Part shown: piece by piece, positions 1-8,163 of the stretch
How positions within the stretch are numbered: the stretch's first letter is position 1
Layout of the letters: the number at the start of each line of letters is the position of its first letter
Source: Granulicella sp.
GTDB taxonomy: Bacteria > Acidobacteriota > Terriglobia > Terriglobales > Acidobacteriaceae
Direction: 5' to 3'
Assembly: GCA_027339965.1 (NCBI GenBank)
Contig: DAHWNL010000054.1
Span: 1-27,497 of the forward strand
Length of the DNA: 27,497 bases
Made by a program: the position numbers and the translations under genes
Notes under the pieces: model-generated
The model's database searches: none
What the model was told of the DNA's origin: nothing
What the model saw: the letters and a program-made list of their open reading frames with translations, nothing else

Positions 1-163
1 TGATGGCCGTGCCCGGGCAGTAGTGTGCCCGAAGTACGGAAAACTACACTTGTTCAGAGCGCCAACGCCCAATACCCTAGCAACTCGACCCAAAATTCGA
101 CTCAGATTAAGAAATATCAACCCAGCCGATACTTGATCAGATTCGCCTTAGGGCGTTGTCGCC

Positions 164-1414
164 TCATGCCGGCGGCTGGATGACGACCCTGGGCACGGAC
201 ATCAGGTTCAGCCGCTGCAGGGTCTTGCGCGTCACCCCGGTGAGCGGCTGCTGGTTGAGGTGGTTGGTGGCCACCCAACTCCGCTCGGCGGGGGTAGCCA
301 GAACCCTGGCCAGAAGGGATGCCCCTGATTGACCGCCGAGCTTGATCCCCTCGCTGAAGACTTGCACGTAGTAATTTGTGTTGGTGATGGCGTGACGCAG
401 GCGCAGTATGGGCTCACGGCCCTGGACGGCATCTAGCGGCAGCGGCGGCATCTCCGCCATGCCCGGCATCAGCCCGGCATCCATGGGCCGCCGCTCCAGC
501 AGTACCTCCGTGACCACGCCGCGCTTGCGCAGCGCCAGCAGATGGGCCACGGCGCGGCTTTGCATGGCGGCTCGCGGCCCAATGGGATGCTCCCCGCGCG
601 TCTTGCACATCCCCAACAACGGACACTGGGGGCAGAGCGGGGCGCGAGGAAGACACAGGAGAGCGCCCAGCTCCATCATCGCCTGATTGTGGTCTCCGGG
701 CTGATTCTCCCGGGCCGGATTGCGGCTGGAGGGTGGCATCAACTGCTGCGCCACCTGCAGAAGCCGGACTCTGGCCGACGCGCTCTTCTGCTCGGCCTGC
801 CCCAGCAGGCGCAAGAGCACCCGCTCCACGTTGCCGTCCAGCACGGCCACACTCTGGCCGAAGGCGATGCTGGAGATCGCCGCCGCGGTATAGTCGCCGA
901 CCCCGGGGAGCATGCGCAGCCTGGTTACGGTAGTGGGCAGCTTGCCGCCGAGCTCCCGTTCCACGAACTGCGCTCCGCGGTGCAACATGCGGGCGCGGCG
1001 GTAGTATCCCAATCCGCTCCACAGCGCCAAAACAGCCTCTTCTGGGGCAGCAGCCAGGTCCTGGATGGTAGGGAATCGACGCAGAAACTCAACGTAGCGG
1101 TCTATGACGGTGGCCACCCGCGTCTGCTGCAGCATGATCTCAGAGAGCCATATGGCATAAGGATCCCGGACTCCCCGCCACGGCAGGGCGCGGGCATGCT
1201 GGGTATACCAGGCTCTCAAATGCCGCCGTAGGTGCAGCGGGGAGAAGTCCAACGGGAGGGCGCGCGGGCCGGCCACGCCGGGCGGGGATGGAGGGGCCGG
1301 TAAAGCCTCTGCGCTCGGCCTGCAAGCCGGCTCAGAGACGGGGACGTCGCCAGGATGAGATCCCGCTACCTGCGCGACAGGCTGACTGACCTCCGCGTTC
1401 CTGCGTCTGGACAT
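164..1414 (-). CDS. mutY: A/G-specific adenine DNA glycosylase MutY
   Basis: RALPWR..DPYAIWLSEIMLQQTRV, WSGLGYYRRAR, HhH motif LPGVGDYTAAAI, catalytic LDGNVERV, 4Fe-4S motif CLPRAPLCPQCPLLGMC (C-x6-C-x2-C-x5-C). The Pro-rich first ~50 aa make the start uncertain. Confidence 0.93.
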   Translation of the reverse strand: MSRRRNAEVSQPVAQVAGSHPGDVPVSEPACRPSAEALPAPPSPPGVAGPRALPLDFSPLHLRRHLRAWYTQHARALPWRGVRDPYAIWLSEIMLQQTRVATVIDRYVEFLRRFPTIQDLAAAPEEAVLALWSGLGYYRRARMLHRGAQFVERELGGKLPTTVTRLRMLPGVGDYTAAAISSIAFGQSVAVLDGNVERVLLRLLGQAEQKSASARVRLLQVAQQLMPPSSRNPARENQPGDHNQAMMELGALLCLPRAPLCPQCPLLGMCKTRGEHPIGPRAAMQSRAVAHLLALRKRGVVTEVLLERRPMDAGLMPGMAEMPPLPLDAVQGREPILRLRHAITNTNYYVQVFSEGIKLGGQSGASLLARVLATPAERSWVATNHLNQQPLTGVTRKTLQRLNLMSVPRVVIQPPA

Positions 1415-1422
1415 ACTGCAGA

Positions 1423-1446
1423 CAGTCTATCCGGCAGTCTATCCGG
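1423..1446. repeat. 12-bp tandem duplication (CAGTCTATCCGG)x2
   Basis: Exact copies at 1423-1434 and 1435-1446, just upstream of the mutY ORF start. Confidence 0.9.
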
Positions 1447-1609
1447 GCGGCGCGGGCCGGCGAAAAGGGCAGAGCCGCCGTGTGCCGATTCAAGACAGTT
1501 GGGGATGCGAGCGGGCCGGCAAGCCCGTGCTTGACCGGCGGCGATCCGCAGTGTTGTGGACCTGCCAGAAGAACCTCCGCGACCTGGACCCGGAAAGCGG
1601 ACCTGGGGT

Positions 1610-2767
1610 CTAGACCTGCATGAAGGCGGCGGCGATCCGGGTTCTGCGCGCCACCACGCCGAGCGTGCCGGGCCAGAACTCCACGGCCGCGAAGAAGAGT
1701 CCGCGGACGGGCCGCCAGGCCAGCCCGCGCGAGACCATGGTAGCCAGGGCCATCTGCCTAGAGGTCTCGTGCGAGAGCCTCTTCTGAAAGCGCTCCGGGG
1801 TCTCTCCGCGCAGGTACATCTTGGCCGCCAGTCGGCCGCTGTGAAGGGCGATGGACATTCCATCGCCGGTAAAGGAAGGGATCACCACCGCCTGATCGCC
1901 CAACGCCCAGACGCCCTGGTAAGGGGCTAGCCCAGATTCGCGCACAAACCCATAGGGGATGGGGGCCACGGCCAAGGGGCGAGCGAGCAGCGCCCGGGCA
2001 CCCTCCAGGCGTTGCCGCAACAGACTGCACTCCTTCTGCATGGCCGCCAGCAGGCTTTCCCAGCGGCCGCCCAGCCGTTGCAGCTCGGTCTGCGCGACGA
2101 CACAGCAAAGGTTGGCGGCTCCCTCCTCCACCATTTGCAAACCGGCGTAGCCGCCGCGGAAGAGCATGATCTCCACATGGCCCTCCAGAGCGGCAGCCTG
2201 CGCTTGAGAGAGCCTCCAGTACATCTTGAAGGCCACCATGCCGGGCCGGCTTCCCTGCGGCCGGGCGCGGCCGCGAAGATCGTGCTTGCCGGTGGCCAGA
2301 AAGGCAGCCTGTGTCTCGATGGGCGCGGCATCGCTGACGATGGCCCGCCAAGGGGAGATGCTTGAGTCGAGCGGTCCGGTGCCGGGAACAGCGTCGCGGT
2401 GCAGCAGCGACTCCACCTGGCAACCGCGCATCACCCTGGCTCCGGCCTGCTCCGCGCATCCCAGAAGTAACTCGTCCAGGCGGCGGCGGGTGAGGGACAT
2501 AGCCCGGAAGGGCAACTCAGCCGCTTTGACCGTGCTCCCCCAAGCCAGCCGGACGGCGCGGATCACCACCCCGCCGGCCTCAGCCACCCCGACTCCCATC
2601 TCTTCAAGGTACTTCAAGGCCTCAAGGCTAAGGAACTCGCCACAGACCTTATGCCGCGCCTGCGGATCGCGCTCCAGCAGGGTGACCTGGCGCCCGGCGC
2701 GAGCCAGGCCGATGGCTGCCGCAGAGCCGGCCAAACCACCGCCGATGATGAGGACTTCAGTTTTCAT
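1610..2767 (-). CDS. FAD-dependent oxidoreductase/monooxygenase (geranylgeranyl reductase/FixC-like)
   Basis: Rossmann motif VLIIGGGLAGSAAA, LLER..RHKVCGEFLS, RRRLDELLL, ATGKHDL, ALGDQAVVIPSFTGDGMSIAL. Start set at MKTEV (2767, GAGG upstream); alternative ATG at 2785. The 678-aa ORF-track call is over-extended. Confidence 0.85.
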   Translation of the reverse strand: MKTEVLIIGGGLAGSAAAIGLARAGRQVTLLERDPQARHKVCGEFLSLEALKYLEEMGVGVAEAGGVVIRAVRLAWGSTVKAAELPFRAMSLTRRRLDELLLGCAEQAGARVMRGCQVESLLHRDAVPGTGPLDSSISPWRAIVSDAAPIETQAAFLATGKHDLRGRARPQGSRPGMVAFKMYWRLSQAQAAALEGHVEIMLFRGGYAGLQMVEEGAANLCCVVAQTELQRLGGRWESLLAAMQKECSLLRQRLEGARALLARPLAVAPIPYGFVRESGLAPYQGVWALGDQAVVIPSFTGDGMSIALHSGRLAAKMYLRGETPERFQKRLSHETSRQMALATMVSRGLAWRPVRGLFFAAVEFWPGTLGVVARRTRIAAAFMQV

Positions 2768-3377
2768 GGAGTCCGCCTCAGCCATCTTCCGCTGGTCTGC
2801 GGATGGTGAGGCTAGGAGAGAGCCAGAGTTGGGACCGGCGCGGGCGAGCAGGCCTGCGCGGTTCGCCGGGGCTAAGCTTGCTTTCAAGGCCCCTCGATTG
2901 TTGTCCGTGTCGGCGTCTGCCAATGCCTCAACCTCTGCTGAGCGTTTTCGCCAAACCGGCGCCACAGCAAGCCCGCTGGGGGGTTCCGCAACCAGGAAAA
3001 AGCTGGAAACATGCCTTCCGCGTCGGCGGCGCAAAGCCCACCGCCTCCAGATCGAAGTATATTCCCGCATCATGAACAGGCGTACATCGTCCACGGCCGC
3101 GAAGGGAGGATGCAGGGAGCTCGCGCTGATTGGATGGCAGGGGATGTTTGTCCGCAGCGGGGGAGCAGCCACGGATTGCGGGTACACTTCGCCTTGCAAA
3201 ACGAGGCGGGATGGTTCAGGGTAATCATTGTCCCTCTGCCGGCCTGAAGACGGACGGTGAGACGGACCATGAAACTCAATGAGCGCGGACCAGCGGTTCG
3301 CAGAAGCGAGATGCAGGGATGAAGAACAGTGAAGGTGATCGTTCAAAGGCGGCATCCCGCACCGTGGGGTGTTCGCG

Positions 3378-4817
3378 ATGAACCGGCGCGAGCTTCTTCT
3401 GGGATCCGCGGCGGCTGGTTTGGCCACAGCTCTTCCGGCACAGCCGAAGACCCCGGCGTTCACCGGGCTGGATGGAAGGCCACCCGTTTCGCAACGGCAC
3501 TTCCAGTCCCAGGTGATTGAAGACGCCATGGCGGAGGTTTGTTCCGGCGTACACAGCCCCGAGCTGGCGCGGATCTTTACCAACTGCTTTCCCAATACGC
3601 TGGACACCACCGTCTTTCCAGGCTCCCCGCAGGACAAGCCGGACACCTACGTCATCACCGGCGACATTGACGCGATGTGGCTGCGAGACTCCGCCGCGCA
3701 GCTCTGGCCGTATCTGGAGTTCGCGGCCAAAGACGCGGCGCTGAGCCGGCTGATCGAGGGCGTGATTCGCCGCCAGGCGCGGCTGATTCTGATCGATCCA
3801 TACGCCAACGCCTTTACCCGCAACCCGAATGACCCGCCACTGCCGTGGGCGGTGCATGACGAAACGCTGATGCTCCCCGGCGTGGGCGAGCGAAAGTGGG
3901 AGATCGACTCGCTCTGTTATCCGGTGCGATTGGCGCACGGATACTGGAAGGCGACCGGCTCCACGGCGTCCTTCGACGAGCCTTGGATGCAGGCGGCAAA
4001 ACGGATCGAAGCAACCTTCCGGGAGCAGCGGCGGACGTCTGGTCCTGGACCGTACCACTTCGAACGCCGCACGAGGACGCCGACCGGGACGCTGGGACTG
4101 AATGGTTATGGCAACCCGATACGTCCGAATGGCATGATCTGCTCGGGATTTCGCCCCTCCGACGATGCCTGCACCTATCCTCTGTTTGTGCCGGCGAATC
4201 TGTTCGCGGCATTGACGCTGGAGCGCATCGGCGAGATCTCTGCGAACGTGTATCACGAGCCGGCGTTTGCCCAGGAGTGCATGAGTTTTGCCCGGGAGGT
4301 ACGCAGCGCGGTGATGCGCTTCGGGACCGTCCAGCATGCCCGCTTCGGACAGATTCTGGCCTACGAGATCGACGGCTATGGCAACTCGCTGTCCATGGAT
4401 GACGCCAACGCCCCCGGCCTGTTGTCGCTCTCTTATCTTGGCCTGCTCCCGCAGGACGATCCGCTCTACCAGCGCACACGCGCCTTTGCTTTGAGCCTGG
4501 AGAATCCTTACTTCTTTCGCGGCAGCGCCGGGGAGGGAGTCGGAGGCCCACATATCGGCCTGGGTTTCATCTGGCCCATGTCCATCACCATGCGCGCACT
4601 CAGCAGCGGCCGGGAGGATGAGATCACCGCCTGCCTGCGCACGCTCTGCACCACTACGGCGGGAACAGACTTCATGCACGAGTCTTTCCAGAAGGACAAC
4701 CCGGACAACTATACCCGCCCCTGGTTCGCCTGGGCCAACGGCCTGTTCGGAGAGCTGGTGTTGAAGCTGCATCGCGAGCGGCCGGAGCTGCTGCGTCAGT
4801 TCACGGTGCAAACCTGA
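3378..4817 (+). CDS. Glycoside hydrolase family 125 (exo-alpha-1,6-mannosidase-like, DUF1237) with Tat signal
   Basis: Motifs ITGDIDAMWLRDS, IDPYANAF, ERKWEIDSL, SGFRPSDDA, MDDANAPGLL, FMHESF, RPWFAWAN; N-terminal twin-arginine MNRRELLLGSAAAGLA. Confidence 0.92.
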   Translation: MNRRELLLGSAAAGLATALPAQPKTPAFTGLDGRPPVSQRHFQSQVIEDAMAEVCSGVHSPELARIFTNCFPNTLDTTVFPGSPQDKPDTYVITGDIDAMWLRDSAAQLWPYLEFAAKDAALSRLIEGVIRRQARLILIDPYANAFTRNPNDPPLPWAVHDETLMLPGVGERKWEIDSLCYPVRLAHGYWKATGSTASFDEPWMQAAKRIEATFREQRRTSGPGPYHFERRTRTPTGTLGLNGYGNPIRPNGMICSGFRPSDDACTYPLFVPANLFAALTLERIGEISANVYHEPAFAQECMSFAREVRSAVMRFGTVQHARFGQILAYEIDGYGNSLSMDDANAPGLLSLSYLGLLPQDDPLYQRTRAFALSLENPYFFRGSAGEGVGGPHIGLGFIWPMSITMRALSSGREDEITACLRTLCTTTAGTDFMHESFQKDNPDNYTRPWFAWANGLFGELVLKLHRERPELLRQFTVQT

Positions 4818-4954
4818 CGGCGGTGTATTCTGACGCCTGAGATGCGAGTCGAGCGCTGCGGCGAAGACGATCGAATGCGCTGGAGCCGGTTGCGCCGCAC
4901 ACTTGACATTTGGGGAGAGACGAAGCGCGCTTCAACTCTTCGGAGGAATGCTCC

Positions 4955-6259
4955 ATGAGTAGTTCGGCATTTCATGTGTTGGCCAAGCCGATCGGTCCGA
5001 TCTGCAATCTGGACTGCAAGTACTGCTTCTACCTCGAAAAAGAGGTCCTGTATCCGCAGGCCGGGAAGTGGGCCATGCCCGAGGGTGTGCTGGAGAGCTA
5101 CATCCGCCAGTACATTGAGGCGCATGACACGCCCGTGGTGAACTTCGCCTGGCAAGGCGGCGAACCCACGCTGCTGGGCGTGGAGTACTTCCGGAAAGTG
5201 GTGGAACTGGAACAGCGATACGCGAACGGCAAGCGGATTGAGAATGCGTTGCAGACCAATGGAGTGCTGCTGAACCAGGCCTGGGCCGAGTTTCTCCACG
5301 AGAACCGCTTTCTGGTGGGGATCTCCATCGACGGGCCGCGAGAGTTGCACGATGCCTACCGTGTGGACAAGGGCGGGCAGCCGACCTTCGATCGAGTTCT
5401 GCGTGGCATCAACGTCCTGAAGCAATATAAGGTTGATTTCAACACGCTGACCACGGTGCATCGCGGTAACGCCGATCACCCACTGAAGGTATACCGGTTC
5501 CTGAAGGAGTGCGGGAGCGGTTTTCTGCAGTTCATTCCCATCGTCGAACGAGCGGCGCAACAGACCACAGCCACTGGACTCAGTCTGGTCTCCCCGGACT
5601 TTGCCGGGACGGCCAGGGTGACGCCGTGGTCGGTCGAGCCAAGGCAGTTCGGACGCTTCCTGTGCGCCATCTTCGACGAGTGGGTCCGCGAGGATGTGGG
5701 CCGCATCTTTGTGCAGTTGTTCGATATCTGCCTGGAGATTTGGCTCGGCATGGAGGCCAGCCTGTGCATCTTCCGCAAGACATGCGGCCAGTCCCTGGCG
5801 ATCGAGCACTGCGGGGATGTTTACTCCTGCGATCATTTCGTCTATCCCGAAAACCGGCTCGGGAACATCATGGAGGCGGGGTTGAAGCAGCTCGTCGCCT
5901 CAGACCAGCAACGCGAGTTTGGCGAGGAAAAGGCATCGACGCTGCCTCGGTACTGCCGGGAATGCGACGTCCGGTTCGCCTGCAATGGGGAGTGTCCCAA
6001 GCATCGATTTGCGGCCACGCCGGACGGCGAACCCGGCTTGAACTATCTTTGCGCCGGCTACAAGATGTTCTTCCATCACGTTGATCCGTACATGCGCTTT
6101 ATGGCCGCGGAACTGACTGCGAATCGGGCGCCGGCCAACGTGATGCCATGGATCGCCGCTCAGCAGGCCCGGGCGGCGTGGGAGCACGCCGGGCGCAACG
6201 ATCCTTGTCCCTGTGGCAGCGGCAAAAAGTTCAAGCATTGCTGCTTGACGCGCAGTTGA
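4955..6259 (+). CDS. Radical SAM/SPASM protein, anaerobic sulfatase maturase (AslB/ChuR/anSME family), with C-terminal SEC-C motif
   Basis: AKPIGPICNLDCKYCFY (CxxxCxxC), FAWQGGEPTL, LQTNG, GISIDGP, SPASM cysteines CIFRKTCG..YSCDHFV..CRECDVRFACNGECPKHR..NYLC, SEC-C GRNDPCPCGSGKKFKHCC; SD GGAGGA at 4942-4947. Confidence 0.92.
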   Translation: MSSSAFHVLAKPIGPICNLDCKYCFYLEKEVLYPQAGKWAMPEGVLESYIRQYIEAHDTPVVNFAWQGGEPTLLGVEYFRKVVELEQRYANGKRIENALQTNGVLLNQAWAEFLHENRFLVGISIDGPRELHDAYRVDKGGQPTFDRVLRGINVLKQYKVDFNTLTTVHRGNADHPLKVYRFLKECGSGFLQFIPIVERAAQQTTATGLSLVSPDFAGTARVTPWSVEPRQFGRFLCAIFDEWVREDVGRIFVQLFDICLEIWLGMEASLCIFRKTCGQSLAIEHCGDVYSCDHFVYPENRLGNIMEAGLKQLVASDQQREFGEEKASTLPRYCRECDVRFACNGECPKHRFAATPDGEPGLNYLCAGYKMFFHHVDPYMRFMAAELTANRAPANVMPWIAAQQARAAWEHAGRNDPCPCGSGKKFKHCCLTRS

Positions 6260-6366
6260 GCCATGCTGGGCCGAGGCAGCAGCGCCCGGGCACGGAACCG
6301 GTACAATCCAGAGTGTTCCCCGGCAACGATGCCAAGCGGATCCGCTTGGCTCTTGAACGCTGATCT

Positions 6367-6397
6367 GGGAGTGCTTGGGGGAGTGCTTGGGGGAGTG
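6367..6397. repeat. 12-bp tandem repeat (GGGAGTGCTTGG)x2.6
   Basis: Copies at 6367-6378, 6379-6390 and partial 6391-6397. Confidence 0.9.
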
Positions 6398-6447
6398 GGT
6401 AGCGGAGTGCATGCGGAGGCTGCCAAGAGCTTTCGAGAGGAGCCAGG

Positions 6448-7605
6448 ATGATGGGGATAGTGAAGAAAAGGCCGCATCGGGGCAATGGGGGCGGTTGGGC
6501 GGTATCGCTCTCCGTTTTGTTGATTCCAGCTATCGTTGCGCTGGCGCCTGCGGGAATCGCGGCCCAGGCAGTGCCGTCAAACTCCGCCGCCTCGGCGTTG
6601 GATCGCGTCCAGGCTGGGATCGCGGCCCTGCAAGGCTGGTATAACCCAGCAACGGGCCTGTACCGCACCTCCGGCTGGTGGAACGGAGCGAACTCGCTCA
6701 CCGTTCTGGTGAATGGCGCGCGCCTGACGCAGACCCATGCGTATGACAAGGTGATTGCCGGAACGTTTGTCGCGGCCCAGAAGAAGAGTCCCGGCTTCAT
6801 CAACAACTTTTACGATGATGAAGGATGGTGGGGGCTGGCCTGGGTGGATGCCTGGGACCTGACGCACCGCCGAGCCTATCGGAAGATGGCGCGTTCCATC
6901 TTTGAGAACATGGCCGGGGGTTGGGATGAGACCTGTGGGGGCGGCATCTGGTGGAGCAAGAAGCGGCATTACAAAAACGCGATCGCCAACGAGTTGTTTC
7001 TTTCCCTGGCGGCGCACCTGGCCAGCCGCGATCCGCGCCATCGCGCTGAATATCTGCGCTGGGCCCACCGAGAGTGGCAGTGGTTTGCCGCCTCGGGAAT
7101 GATCAACTCGCAAAATCTCATCAACGACGGCCTTACGATTGAAGCCTCCGGGCAGGGCGCGGCGGCTTGCAAGAACAATGGCCGGACGACGTGGACCTAT
7201 AACCAGGGGGTGGTTCTGGGAGGTCTCGCCGATCTCTCCAAGGCGGATTCCGATCCGGCGTTGCTACAGACCGCGCAGAAGATCGCGACAGCCGCCATCA
7301 CCCATCTTGTGGATGGAAATGGAGTTCTGCACGACGCCTGCGAACCCAACTGCGGGGGCGATGGATCTCAGTTCAAAGGAGTTCTGCTGCGCAATCTGAT
7401 GGGTTTGGAGGCGGTGGCTCCACAGCCGATGTACTCCCGGTTCATCGAGACCAACGCGGATGCGATCTGGAGGTTTGACCGCGGACCGGGGAACCAGTTT
7501 GGCGTCGTCTGGTCAGGGCCATTTCGCAGGGCCAATGCCACTACCCAGACCTCCGCTCTGGATGCCCTGATCGCCGCGGCGGCGATCAAGAAGAATGGAG
7601 ATTGA
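6448..7605 (+). CDS. Glycoside hydrolase family 76 (endo-alpha-1,6-mannanase-like), secreted
   Basis: Catalytic-type FYDDEGWW, CGGGIWW, YKNAIANELF, LINDG, WTYNQG, QFKG; hydrophobic N-terminal signal; SD GAGGAG at 6437-6442. Confidence 0.9.
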   Translation: MMGIVKKRPHRGNGGGWAVSLSVLLIPAIVALAPAGIAAQAVPSNSAASALDRVQAGIAALQGWYNPATGLYRTSGWWNGANSLTVLVNGARLTQTHAYDKVIAGTFVAAQKKSPGFINNFYDDEGWWGLAWVDAWDLTHRRAYRKMARSIFENMAGGWDETCGGGIWWSKKRHYKNAIANELFLSLAAHLASRDPRHRAEYLRWAHREWQWFAASGMINSQNLINDGLTIEASGQGAAACKNNGRTTWTYNQGVVLGGLADLSKADSDPALLQTAQKIATAAITHLVDGNGVLHDACEPNCGGDGSQFKGVLLRNLMGLEAVAPQPMYSRFIETNADAIWRFDRGPGNQFGVVWSGPFRRANATTQTSALDALIAAAAIKKNGD

Positions 7606-7662
7606 GGGCTCCTGGGTATCATTGCCCGTTGGGCCGCCGCGCCGGACGGAGACGGGCATCTT

Positions 7663-7785
7663 CGCCGAAGATCCCGGGCTCTCCGCCTGGCCGGCCTCCG
7701 GGGTGGGATGGAGACTCGGAAAAGAGGTAGGGTCGGTTGGTTCCTTCAACCGCTGAAAGCATCTCCCCGGAGGGAGTCTTCGGCG
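7663..7785. other. Nested inverted-repeat element, possible structured RNA
   Basis: CGCCGAAGA(7663-71)/TCTTCGGCG(7777-85), CCTCCGGGG(7695-703)/CCCCGGAGG(7765-73), GATG/CATC, CGGTTG(7734-39)/CAACCG(7747-52). Function not identified. Confidence 0.4.
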
Positions 7786-8079
7786 CCTTGACGTGGGTGG
7801 GCCCTCCCTCCAAGGAAAGCGCCGCGCGCCCCCCCCAGCAGGCCCAACCACAGGAAGGTGGCGATGGAGCGCCGCAACTCACTGGAGCTAAGGCAAAACT
7901 TCAGAAAAAAATGGGCTGCGGAAGGAGTTGGTGGCACAGGGCAGACCGCGCCGAGGAGGCCGGGCCAAATTCATCTGGTGTTTACATCCCGGTTCTGCCC
8001 TGGGATGTATAAGCAAGGGAGGTATCTCTGCTGGTCGACTTTGCTCCGAGGCTGAGTTGCAAGACGCTGGTCTCTGGGG

Positions 8080-8111
8080 GGCCATCCTTCGTCCAAAAGC
8101 GAAGGATGGCC
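8080..8111 (+). promoter_or_regulatory. Perfect 12-bp inverted repeat upstream of pstS (hairpin or dimeric TF site)
   Basis: GGCCATCCTTCG-8 nt-CGAAGGATGGCC, ~52 nt before the pstS start. The repeat is observed; a regulatory role is inferred. Confidence 0.45.
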
Positions 8112-8163
8112 GTTGCGAAGAGGAAGCGGCCCCAACCCATCAAGAAAACAGGAGGAAACGAAG

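Noticed and set aside
1..163. Small hairpin (CGGGCA/TGCCCG, 14-31) and an AT-richer stretch at the window edge
   Set aside because: Context is truncated and there is no U-tract or clear motif, so no terminator or promoter can be supported.
2786..3646. N-terminal ~290-aa extension of the 678-aa ORF, suggesting a fusion protein
   Set aside because: No domain-like sequence, overlaps GH125 on the opposite strand, and the Rossmann fold begins right after Met 2767/2785.
3276..4811. 511-aa antisense ORF, and similar long shadow ORFs (4796-5836, 2226-3224, 17800-18750, 19913-21145, 23621-24598)
   Set aside because: They lie opposite well-supported genes, as expected for high-GC codon usage, and have no recognisable motifs.
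4903..4935. TTGACA upstream of anSME as a sigma70 -35 box
   Set aside because: No plausible -10 hexamer 16-18 nt downstream.
6181..6259. SEC-C motif on the radical SAM enzyme as a novel fusion
   Set aside because: C-terminal SEC-C motifs are a known, common appendage of anaerobic sulfatase maturases.
6367..6397. Short repeats as a CRISPR array
   Set aside because: Units are 12 bp, contiguous, lack spacers, and no cas genes are present.
7640..7790. Glycine riboswitch, hammerhead ribozyme or 23S rRNA fragment
   Set aside because: GGAGA..CGCCGAAG is present but the CTCTCAGG-type motif is not; there is no CTGANGA core; rRNA resemblance is limited to 17 nt with unrelated flanks.
7981..8013. TTTACA...TATAAG as the pstS sigma70 promoter
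   Set aside because: Spacing is 21 nt, too long for a canonical promoter.
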